Assembly (NCBI GenBank): GCA_002104905.1
Contig: MCFE01000725.1
Location: 1 to 41,959 of the forward strand
Direction: 5' to 3'
Length of the DNA: 41,959 bases
From: Basidiobolus meristosporus CBS 931.73
Taxonomy: Eukaryota > Fungi > Basidiobolomycota
Within the stretch, counting starts at the first letter, position 1. Each line of letters begins with the position of its first letter. The position numbers and the translations under genes were made by a program. This document shows positions 23,488-34,565 of this stretch, in pieces. The notes under the pieces were generated by a model. The model was not told the origin of the DNA and made no database searches. It saw nothing but the letters and a program-made list of their open reading frames with translations.

Positions 23488-24558
23488 TGTGGTGGTGTAT
23501 AGGTCCAAGGGAGAGATACGTCCAACACTTCTCAAGTGTTTTGTGTGTGGGGTGCTCACTGGGTGCAATAATCTCTGGCAAAAGCTTGCTAGGAATACTT
23601 GGGTTCTGTCTCTAATCTAATGCAAAGGGGAATAAAGCCACAAGCTTGTCAAGGGAAAACTATTGAGCTACAATCCCCAACTTAGTTGGTGTCTTAACAA
23701 AAGTATGTGCTGGGTTCAGCATTGTTTGAGATGACAATGTACTAAAGCTTCCAAAGTCAAAACAACTGTAAACTCCACCAGCAGGGACTTGATAAGAATG
23801 CAGCTGTGGTCAATAGCTACAAAGACAGAAAAGTATCTTTGCCTGTACAAGAACAAGCTTGGGAAAGAATCAAATATAATAAAAGATACCTACTCTGAGT
23901 ATTCCTCACAAGTAGTGCCTCCAAGGTCAGTTGGCTGTCAGCGCGGTTTCCTGGGAGTGTCCTGTGGTCTGGGGTTGGAAGTTCAGGTAGCAGCAGGTAG
24001 CAGTGATCACACTAATCAGCAAGTTGGTATATTGATAAAAGGGATGATGATTTATTGTTGAGGGATAGCCTCCCTTATATACTTTTCTCACTGGCCAAGT
24101 GATTACTAATCATGGTATTCCAGAAGGTTCTGGATAGCAATAGAAATCTTAATGACATCAGAATAACCTAAGAATGTTCCAAGTAGGTACTAGAAGGTTC
24201 TAAGAGGCACAGCACATCCAACCAATCAGAAATTTGTATTCTGAAACCTGTGTAGCAAAGGGATACCATATATGGTATGGAAATGGTAGGGATGGTGACA
24301 CGGGTTGATCATATGTCATGGGTACTGGCGCAAGTACTTGCCTAATATATAAGCACTTATAGCTAGTAATCTTACATAGAGTGAGGGGTAACTTATGCAA
24401 TAAGGTAAGCAGGTGTGATAGTCAACCCGCTTATGGGATAGTACTGATTGGGTAAGACAAATGGCATAAAACTAAAATAAGTTTAGTAGAGATATAGGGA
24501 AGTAGAATATAAGGGAATGAGTACATCTGTCAGTGGGTGTCACTGTCACCCCACTACA
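23488..24558. mobile_element. Family-C solo LTR copy 2 (1071 bp)
   Basis: TGTGGTGG...CCACTACA termini. It interrupts the integrase between HVSLLEP and the chromodomain linker. Flanks are ACAG/ATGG. Confidence 0.88.
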
Positions 24559-27500
24559 ATGGCTCCAGGAGGGACACATGGAAAGTATCATGGATTTTCA
24601 TACTTGCTGGTAACTGTAGCTGATATACTATAGGGCTAAGCTTCTTGATTTTGCAGGGGCCAAGTATCTTGAAATCCAATTTGTCACAAGGGCGGTTGGT
24701 GCTGATGTTTCTTCTGAGCAACCATACAGAATCTCCTTCATTAAGATCAGGGCTGGGATGCTGTTTTAGAGTAGCAAATTTCTTGTAGCTTTCCTGAGCT
24801 AGGAATAGCTCTTCCTTAAGGGTATTCTGGATGTCCTGGATTACTAGGGCATGTTCAGCTGCATGTGGGCTCATTGGGTTTGTTGGAATCTGGATATCAA
24901 ACTGAGGGTGGAGTTCATAGTTTGCGTAGAATGGTGCAAAACCAGTTGCACTATGGCTTGAGTTATTGTAGGCAAACTCAGCAACAGGGAGTAGATCAAC
25001 CCAATTGTCTTGCTGGTAATTGATATAGCACCGGAGGTATTGCTCTAGAATCTGGTTGATTCTTTCAGTCTGGCCATCAGATTGAGGATGGAAGGCAGTG
25101 GAGAATTTGACTTGAACACCAAGGTATTGCATGAAGTGTTTCCAAAACTTGGACACAAACTGTGGGCCTCTATCTGACACAATATCACTGGGGATACCAT
25201 GAGGGCGGAAAATATTCTTGAGGACTAACACAGCGGTTTCTTTTGCATCAGTGTTCTTACAGCAAGGGATAAAGTGAGCCATCTTGGTCAGCCAGTCGGC
25301 CACTACAAGTATAGCATTGAAGCCACAGGACTCAGGGAGGTCAGTAATGAAGTCAATAGATATAGATCTCCATTGGTGTTCTGGGATAGGCAAGGGCTGA
25401 AGAAGTCCATAGGGCTGGTGTCTGGCTGGTTTTGCATGGTTGTAAATATCACAAGTCAGAATGCACTCTTTGATAAGAGTTATCATTCTAGGCCACCAGA
25501 AATCTCTTTTGATAGCATTCAAGGTTTTGGCAGTACAAAGTGGCCTGCAGCCATTGAATCATGCCAAGACTTAATGATGTCTAGCTGGGTGGCAGGGTCT
25601 GGGACATAAAGCTGCTGCTTGTGATAGATGAGGTTGTATACCAAATGCAGGTTCTGGATGTTTGGGAACTTGGGAGGGGGCCCAACTGGGGATTCCAGAT
25701 ATTTCTTGATGGTGCTGGAAGTCATATCAGAGGCTTGGGATTCTGATATCTTTACTAGGAATGAAGGGGTGACAAAACTAGGGGATTGGGTGGCAAGAAT
25801 CTCAAAATGTTTCTTGCTCAGCAATGTGTGTTCTATTTGCCAACAGGCATCATCTCCCTCTTCCAGGGCATATTCTTTTTTTCTGGACAGGGCATCAGGC
25901 TTTCCTTGCTTTGCACCAGGTCTATAGGTGATAGTAAAGTCAAAGCTGGACAGGAAGAGTGACCATCTGGCTTGTCTCTGGTTTAGTACTTTGGAAGTTG
26001 CAAAGTACTTGAGGTTCTTTTGGTCACAGAAGACTTTGATTTTGTGTTTTGCACCATCCAGGTTGTGTCTCCATTGCTCAAAGGCCACAATGATGGCAAG
26101 CAACTCCTTATCATAGATATCATAGTTGATCTCTGCAGGGGAAAACTTCCAAGAGTAGAATGCAATGGGGTGTAACACATTGTCTTCATCATACTGGGAG
26201 AGTATGGCACCAAGGGCATAATCAGAAGCATCAGTCTCCACCATGAATTGCTTCTGAAGGTCAGGGTGGGCAAGCAGGGGGGCCTTCAGGAAAGATTTTT
26301 TGAGTTGGTTGAATGAGGTGGATTGCTCCTCATTCCAGGCAAAAGGTGTGTTCTTCTGGGTAAGCTTTGTCAGAGGGGTGACTATCTTGGAGTTGTTGGC
26401 TATGAACCTGCAATAGAAATTGGCAAATCCCAGGAAGGATTGTACTTCCTTGACTGAGCTTGGAGTTTTCCAGGATTGGACTGAGTCAACTTTCTTTGGG
26501 TCCATTCTTGTTCCCTCAGGGCTGATGTGGTAACCAAGAAATTCCACTTCTTTCTGGTCAAATTCACACTTCTCTAGCTTGGAATAGAGACCAGCAGAGT
26601 CTAGTTTTCTCAATACTTTCTTGACATGTTCATCATGTTCATCTTGGCTCTTGGAGTATATGCGAATATCATCAAGGTAGATTACCACTAACTGGTCAAG
26701 GTATTCACAGAATCTGTCATTCATGAGGTGTTGAAACACAGCAGGGGCATTGGTGAGGCCAAGTGGCATTACTTTGTACTCAAAGTGACCATATCTTGTG
26801 CAAAAGGCAGTTTTCCATTCATCACCAGGCTTGATTCTGACAAGATTGTAAGCCCCTCTCAAGTCTATCTTGGTGAAGACTTGGGCAGCAGATAGCTGAT
26901 CCTACAGTGCGTTGATCAGGGGCAGGGGGTAGTGGTTCTTGACTGTGATCTTATTCAAAGCATGGTAGTCCACACACATTCTGAGGGTGCCATCCTTCTT
27001 CTTGACAAAGAGGATTGGGGCTCCAGCAGGTGATTTGGAGTGCTGAATAAAGCCCTTCTGGAGGTTTTCTTGAATTTAACAATGGAGTTCTTTCAACTCC
27101 GGTGGGGAGAGGTTGTATATTGGGCCAGATGGAAGGACTTTTCCATCTTCAAGTTCAATAGGGCAGTCATAAGGCCAATGGTCAGGGAGGAGTTCTGCTT
27201 TCTTCTTGTCAAAGACATGGGCAAACTCTTGGTACTTGGCTGGTATAGTTGCTGAGGGGGCTCCTTCAGCTGGCAAGGTATCTTGGGCTGTTGAACTGTT
27301 GGCAACAGTCTTTTCACGGTTATCAGGGTCTGGAGATTTCATGGAATTGACTTGGTGGGATCTGGTGAGTGACAGGATCTTGGATTTCCAATCAATACTT
27401 GGATTGTGGTAGCTCAGCCATGAGCTTCCAAGCACAATAGGATAGTGTGGTGAGTGGATGATGTTGAAGGCAACTCTTTCTTGGTGAGCAGTACTGGACA

Positions 27501-28470
27501 GCTGGAGTAAGCATGTTTCATGGGTAATGGCACCAGAGGAGAGTGATCTTCCATCAATAACTTCTGCTTGGACTGGACAGGATTTCAAGGTAACAGGAAA
27601 AGAGTGCTTCTGGACAAAGGCTTGGTCAATGAAACAGGATGAAGCACTGGAATCAATCAGGGCTAGGACTGGGACAGGACTGGAGTCCGGGATCTGTATT
27701 TTGACAGGCATTCTCAAGGACTGGATAGATTTTGTGGCAAAGGAAGATTCTTGGATATGCTGGATTTGCATGGGTGGGTCCAGTTGCAGGCCTGTCAGTG
27801 CAACTGGACATTGGAGTTTCCCAACAGATCTGAATCAGGTAGGCTACTGGAGGACTGCATCCGCTTGAAGCTGGACTTCTTGTTGGGGCAGGACTTGGCA
27901 AAGTGACCTGGTCAGCCACAGTATAGACAGAGGTTGGCTTGTTGGCGTCTGGACTTTTCACTCTGTGATAGTTTCTTGTATTTGGCACTATCAATCAGCA
28001 TAGGATCTACTGGAGTGGCTTGGGGAGCAGGAGGGGCTGAGACTGCAACAGGAATGTGTCTTCAATGGTTCTTTTGCTTCTTCTGGAATAGTCTGTTATC
28101 ACACCGGATTGCTTGGTGCATAGCTTCAACCAATGTATCTGGATCTGGGAGTGTGAGTAGCAGATCACAAACTTCATCATTGAGGCCATCTTGGAACTGG
28201 CTTATCAAGGCTGCTTGACCCCAGGTGCTGAGGTCACTGGAGAGTTGTTAGAATTCTGAGGCATAGACTGATGCTGGTTTGTTCCTTGTTTGAGGGTCTT
28301 GATCTTGTTGGCAGCAGTTCTGGCTTGGTCGAGGTTACCAAATGTTAGCTCCATTTTAGTGAGAAAAGCTTGGTAGTCTCTGAGGAGGGGAGAGTTGGTC
28401 TCCACTAATGGAGAGAACCACTTGAGAGCTGTACCAGTAAGCAGGTTGGAGATGAAACCAACTTTGGCCT
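24559..28470 (-). pseudogene. Family-B gag-pol remnant (gag, zinc knuckle, protease, RT, RNase H, integrase)
   Basis: ORFs 28205-28405 (gag), hand-read CLYCG*PGHFAKSC (~27890-27930), 27076-27771 (ALIDSSAS protease), 25519-26862 (YLDD; DASDYALG) and 24554-25522 (SDRGPQF, FHPQSDGQTER). Confidence 0.93.
27778..27822 (-). promoter_or_regulatory. -1 programmed ribosomal frameshift signal between gag and pol
   Basis: G GGA AAC heptamer in the gag frame, a 6-nt spacer and a perfect 11-bp hairpin GTCCAGTTGCA/TGCAACTGGAC. The -1 frame runs into MQIQHI of ORF 27076-27771. Confidence 0.85.
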
Positions 28471-30544
28471 GGTCAGTGTTTATCAGACTGAGGGATACTT
28501 AAGGGGGGATAGGACTATATATACTTTTTGGCTATACTGATGCCAAGAGATATTAGCTAATACTAATGGGGTTATGGGGTGAGTCACAGTAGCAGTGCTG
28601 GGTATAATAATGTAGAAGGCAAGGCACTGAGACAGGATGGGGAAATGGATTAGATCACCTGATCCTGTGACTAAGTCATGTGACCTGGTACTTTCATATA
28701 TGTTACTAGACTATGAAAAATACAATGGGAAGTTTTTATGGAATGTTCCATTGTGAAACAATGGTTTGGAATGGTCAGGAACTTTCTGGAAGGTGGTAGA
28801 AGGTTCCAGAAGGAATCTCTTAGAAATTGAGCTAGGAAGCTGAAACTTGGCATGGGTGTTCATGGTTGTCATGTGATCATGACAGCTATTGCAGCCAAAT
28901 ATAAGTTTTTTATTCATCAAATGGATGTAAAAACTACATTTTGGAATGGAGAACTTGATGTGGATATGTATATGGACCCGCCAGATGGGTTTGTTGACCA
29001 AGATAGCCCCCATTTGGTCCGCAAGCTTAAAAAGTCACTATATGGTCTCAAACAATCACCGAGAGCCTGGAATTGCAAGATTGATTCTTATTTGGAATCT
29101 TTGAGTTTCAAAAGGAGTAATGCTGACTATAGTATATACTAAAAGCCATATAGAGCAAATCCAGTTCTGTTAGCTCTATATGTGGATGATCTTATTATAG
29201 CCGCCAATAATCTAGCAACATTGGAAGAGACAAAATCCAGCCTGTCTAGGGAGTTCAAGATGTCAGATCTAGGAGAACTCAGTTATTGCTGAGGGATTAA
29301 GTTCTCTATTGACAGAAGTACCCAGACTATTACCCTATGCCAGTCCAAGTATATACAAGATATACTGAAGAAGTACCAAATGGAAGACTGTAAACCAGCA
29401 GCTACCCCAATGGAGACAAACCCTAACTTGGTCAAAACTCAACCTAATCAAGAGAGCTTGGTGCCATCTGAAAGCCCTGACTCTACTTATCAATCAATGG
29501 CCGGCAGTCTGATGTATATCATGCTTGGAACATGTCCAGATATCTCATATTCAGTGTGAGTGGTCAGCCAACATAATTAGAACTATGGATCTGATCATAT
29601 TGCAGCAGTTAAGTGGAATTTCAGATACCTAAAAGGAACTGCTGATATCTGCTTAAGATACACCTATAAGGATTCAGAACAGGATCTTGTAGGATACTCT
29701 GATGCTGATTGGGGACAAAATTTGGAAGCCAGAAGATCCACCACAGGATACACCTTTCAATACTGTAAAGGAGCAATTTCATGGAATTCAAGAAAGCAAC
29801 CAACTGTAGCACTTTCCACCACAGAGGCAGAGTACATGGCAGCCTGTGAGGCTACAAAAGAAGCAATGTGGTTAAGAAAGCTGTTTACAGATTTAGGCCT
29901 ATGTCAAAAAATGCCTATTACTTTATTTCAAGATAATCCAGGATGTATACAGCTAGGTAAAAATTCAACTTTTCATGCCAGAACTAAGCACATAGATATT
30001 AGACATCATTTCATACGTGAAGCTATAGAGAATAACTTAGTTAGCTTAGTTTACTGTCCTACAGATGAAATGATTGCAGACATATTTACCAAACCATTAG
30101 CTAGAGACAAGTCTGAATATCATAGGTCAAAATTAGGACTAGTCAGTATGAACATTTAGCTGAGTGGGAGTGTTGTAAAAGTTTGTAATCCCACCTGAAT
30201 ATTCACCTAACTTAGTCACTTAGATCATTACCCTCAAATCCTAGAGAATACTGACCAAATTCCTTGTCGGGATTTACTTCGAATATTTTCACCAAAATAC
30301 CAGGTACCCAGAACATGAAAATTCTCAAAGTTGTCCAAACAGCCCCAAACTTTGCACACATGTTTTTGGGAACTTCCTTAACCTATTCTACATGCTTGTA
30401 ATGCCAAGAACATGTAAAAGTATAAATACCACTTTTACATTCAATAAATCATTAAGTGAAAACCACCTAATCTACTTGTCCTCCCAATCACTTCCAATAT
30501 CTGCAAGACTCATACAACACTTTTTAGCATAGGGAGGAGTTCTA

Positions 30545-30880
30545 ACAAACACAGTAGTAGACATTCCAGAGAGTGATGGCTTGGACCTTGTAGCCTGTGG
30601 TAAGTGTATGGAGATACTGGAAGTGATTGGGGGATCCAGTATCATATATGGTTACTACTCAATGATTCATTGAATGTAGAGTAGTGATGATTATTTTTCA
30701 TGGTCTTGGGAGTACAAACATGTAGAATATTCCTGGAAAGGGCCCGAGAGCATTTGTGCCAGGTGTGGGGTAATTTGGACAAGTTCAAAAAATCCCACGG
30801 TCTGGGTACTGGATATTTTGGTGAAAATATTCCAGGGAAATCCCAACAAGGAGTTTGGTCAGGATTCTCGAACATTTGTA
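30545..30880 (-). mobile_element. Older, diverged copia 5' LTR with gag-start remnant
   Basis: Colinear with 15030-15360 (GGAGATA.TGGAAGTGA..., TTTTGGTGAAAATATTCC) but more diverged. Confidence 0.7.
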
Positions 30881-33678
30881 GGTAGTATGCTTCCGGGATC
30901 AGGGAGTGAGAAGGAAGGCTGCGAATCTTTCAGCAGCAATTTAGGAATCTTTAAGGTGAATGATTTTGCCCTACGGTCCATGCTCAGCTAAGCTCCCCAG
31001 ACAACATCAGTCAGTGTGTAGAACAACCAGAGGGGCCAGCAGGCTCCATTCATGGCAAAAAAAATCTTGGATGATTGTAAACACCAGTGGATTGATTGAT
31101 CTCCTACAGATGGTGAAATGCGATGAAATCTCACCAGGAATTTGTAAACAAAAAATCCGAATGGTAGCTTAGTTCAGGTACGGACCATCATCCCACCCAT
31201 GTTTAGCACATCAGAGGGGGCAAAAATGTGGCCTGATTGTTCGCATGATGCGATGCAACTGTTCTGATCCATGGCAACCCTTATTGTCCATCCAACACTT
31301 CATAAAATCCGAAAGTAACTTCGGATTAGCTCCGATGGATAACCAGTGGAGCGGTAGAGCCAACATTCCCTAGGACCCCACCCCCGATTAGCAATATGTC
31401 GTGATTTTGCCCCGGGCTCAGGAAAGGGCGGGAAGACAATGGTAGGGTCTGTGGTGCTGTGGGTGTGGGTGTGGGTGGGATTCGCTCAACACCGAAGAAG
31501 TATTTTCGAGAATGGCGGCGGCCAGCAGGAGGAGTCCACCGACATTGTTGGCTGCCGGTGCTTTTCCGTTCACAATTCCCGTCACTTGAACCATTCCGAC
31601 GCCATAAGGAGTGATCGTATGAGCATGTGTACGGATTCTAGAGCCCCAAAACATCCCACTAAATCCCTTCATTTATGCATGCCAATCATCCCTTTGGATT
31701 TCCTCATCGGTGCGCGGTTCAGTTCCGAGGCTAGCTAGCCATCGGTACTGCCGCACCCCAGGAGCAGCCCCAAATGGCTCTGTGGCAATCCAGGATGGTA
31801 CTCATGCCCAACCACTTCTATCGCTCAAGGGGTTCCGTTCTTGCATGAACACGACGCATTCCCTCCAACCGGGCTGACAACAAACTTTTACATCTACGCA
31901 GCCACGGATTCCTCGATCCAGCGTAACGCACCTATCCGTTGGCCTTTGGTACTACCCTGGGCCTTCAACTTGCGAACAACATCTCCATAGGCACTTAGAT
32001 GAGCTGAGCCCATGGGCCGGCTACGTTTCTTATCGAATTCAGTCCACTGAGGATCCATTCCACGTGGGAATCCGATTGGTGTGCAGCCTTGAGATCCCCC
32101 AAATTTCTTCCCAACCTCCAGGGTCGAGCCTACCATGTCGATAGCGACTCGTCAACCGTGTGGCCTCGTTGACCCCTGTCCAAATCGGGAACGAGAACCG
32201 ACTCGAAGATAAGATTTCGACGATTTCCCTAAGCTGTCCTGAAGCCATCGAGCCTGCCCCCCCAACCCGCCGAAAACTGTGGGTGCAGGTAACCCCAGAG
32301 AAATATGGAAGATAGTGCCCAGGCAACTCTTGGCTCAGCGCCATGTGCGTGCCATGCGATCGAAATCTTACAACAAAGAAGGTGTCGGCGGGATCAGCCC
32401 CGCGGTGGTTGGACACCATGTCCCCCGGACAGCGCGCTGTGCTGGTGCTGGTAAAACAGGAGCAAAGAGTCACACCCTGGGATGGAGGAAGGATCGGGGA
32501 GACGCGCAACTCTAAACATGTACATTGGTGCGCCATTTATCGCTACATGATCCCACCCAAGGCAAGATGGCACCAGAGATCCCCGCCTCCGGTCCATCGT
32601 TCCGTCCGGATTTGGACTGCGGGCCGGGCGATGTGATTGGATGGGCTAATTTGCGTTAAGTGTGATGGAGAAAGCATCCCCTCTAGCCATGCTACGGTGC
32701 TCCAACATGGTCCGGTGCCCACCAGAACACGGTGTGCGACCCTCCCGGCTGGCTGGTAGACACCCTCGCAGCAGAGCCACGCCCCTATACCGGCACCCGG
32801 CAATCGAGGCACGAACCTAACGCTCCTTGTCGCACTTTACCACACAACCGACCCAAGTCGGATGTTGATCCAAGTCACAGAACGGTTGACATGCGGGCCA
32901 CAAACGCGGCCGGCCAATCAGCGTGGCCCGGTGGATTCCAATCTTGGATTGGATTAATAATCGTCAAGCTCAGATAACTCCTACCCGGTAGACCATATAC
33001 CAACACGGACTGGCCAATGTCGTCGGTGCGAGGGATCCATATCGAGCCGGCAGATGCATCTCCCACCTGTCTAGAATACACCATATGAAAAGAACCTTGC
33101 TCCTGCTATCTGGATGCCCATCAATGCCTCCGAGGGAATCCCATTAGCCTCGGCTCTGGCCAATGAGCTTGCGGTCCTGGATGGAGGGACCGCATTGGAT
33201 GCGAGCGCAGAGGGCCAGCGGTGGAAAATTCTTTGGAGCCCGCGCAGGGAGCATGATTTTCCGCCACACCACTGGATCAACCCAACTCCCGGGTAAAGGT
33301 GGACCCAGGCACAGATTCCTGATCCACGATATAAAGTTTCCAAACCAACCACACTCGCCCAATATGTACTCGGTGGGATACCTTTTCGCAGGTAATTGAG
33401 GTGTGCGGTGAAGCAACTTTCCATACCGAGCCTTCCACGACAAATATGGATGTGGCTAGGCCATATTTGAGCAGGTGGATGGGGAGATTGCTCATTCCTG
33501 GTTAAGCCAGATGCCCCCTTTGGCGGTCGTAGATGATGCGCTCACCCAGTCCATGCAAACCGTAAATCGTGGTCGACTGATACATCAGATCGAAGCGGGC
33601 GTTTTCGCAGCTTGGCCTTCCAGGCCTTGCCCTAGAAGGGGGAATCCCTTAGCTGGCCCGTTTCGAGCTCCTCCAACA

Positions 33679-33684
33679 TATAAA
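33679..33684 (+). promoter_or_regulatory. Possible TATA box of the HPP gene
   Basis: CATATAAAT lies ~55 bp upstream of the ATG at 33734. Confidence 0.4.
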
Positions 33685-33733
33685 TGGACGGGTGCTGCTT
33701 CCAGGATGGGAGCAATTCGAACCATTCCACATC

Positions 33734-34565
33734 ATGGGTTTTTTCGGCACCTACATCGGCAAGCTAAAGAAATATGAGAGGGTGGCGTTCCCTCCCATGC
33801 CGCCGTACTCGCACCTTTTCTCCTCGTGGGCGGCCACCTTCACCGGCATCGCCATCACCGGCCTGTTGACCTGGAACGCCAAGATCTTCAGCCACTTCGA
33901 CGGGGCCCCAGTGCTTATCGGCTCCTGGGGTGCTAGTTCAGTGCTGATGTATGTAGCACTGGACAGTCCTCTCGGACAGCCCTACAACGCACGTAAGAGA
34001 AGCCCGAACCTCCTTTGACTCCCCGCCTCGTTTCCCTAACCTTCTGCTTCCTGTAGTTGTCGGTGGCACCATCTCAGCGTTTGTCGGAGTCACCATCGGA
34101 AAGATCTTCAACGCCGGCTGTTCCGAGGACATGTGCTACCTGTGGCTGCAGGCTGCGCTCGCTGTGTCGCTGGCCATCGTGTGCATGATGGTCACCCGGA
34201 GCGTTCATCCCCCTGGTGCCGCCACCGCCCTGATCACGATCACCGCTGGACAGCATATTCGTGAGGTGGGGTACTTCTTCATCATCTCGCCTGTCCTCAT
34301 CGGCACCCTCATCCTGATCATAGTGGCCGTCTTGTTCGACAACGTGTTCCGGAAGTACCCAAGGTACTGGATGTACAACTGGCCCAAGAGCACCAAGGAG
34401 CTCATCCTACCGGCCCAGACCCCCAAGAAGCCCCAGGAAACCCAGGTCGCAATGGTCGAAGGGCCCGTTCCCACCGCTTCCGACCTGAGCGCCCAGCTGG
34501 AAGCAGCCCATCAGAGAATCCAGGAACTGGAAGCCAAGCTCACCGCACTCGAGGGCCCTGCGTAG
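33734..34565 (+). CDS. HPP-family transmembrane protein, 255 aa; exons 33734-33992 and 34057-34565
   Basis: GTAAGA...CCCTAAC...TAG intron (33993-34056) joins the frames. Motifs LIGSWGASSVL, DSPLGQPYN(ALVGG) and HPPGAATAL, with several hydrophobic helices. Confidence 0.92.

Larger units (their letters stand above)
18184..28884 (-). mobile_element. Ty3/gypsy chromovirus (family B), TSD GCTAT; LTRs ~18184-18674 and ~28476-28884 (the latter partly deleted)
   Basis: TGTTATG...CATGACA termini with GCTAT on both sides. Contains gag with a CCHC knuckle, protease, RT, RNase H, integrase and a chromodomain. Confidence 0.92.
15427..30519 (+). mobile_element. Ty1/copia element, decayed, split by a 10.7-kb nested insertion; partial 5' LTR 15427-15487, 3' LTR 30171-30519
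   Basis: gag/protease/integrase/RT start at 15488-18183. RT and RNase H resume at 28885 (IRSILAI|AAKYKFFIHQMDVK). PPT GAGTGGGAG precedes TGTTGTAAAA at 30171. Confidence 0.93.

Noticed and set aside
18711-24558. LTR-short internal-LTR unit as a TRIM/LARD element
   Set aside because: Each LTR has its own TSD and the internal piece is the family-B chromodomain, so these are two separate insertions.
33455-33520. Faint 5S rRNA-like words (GGCCATAT...GGTTAAGC)
   Set aside because: Spacing and internal boxes do not fit 5S. No tRNA, rRNA or snRNA could be supported anywhere in the window.
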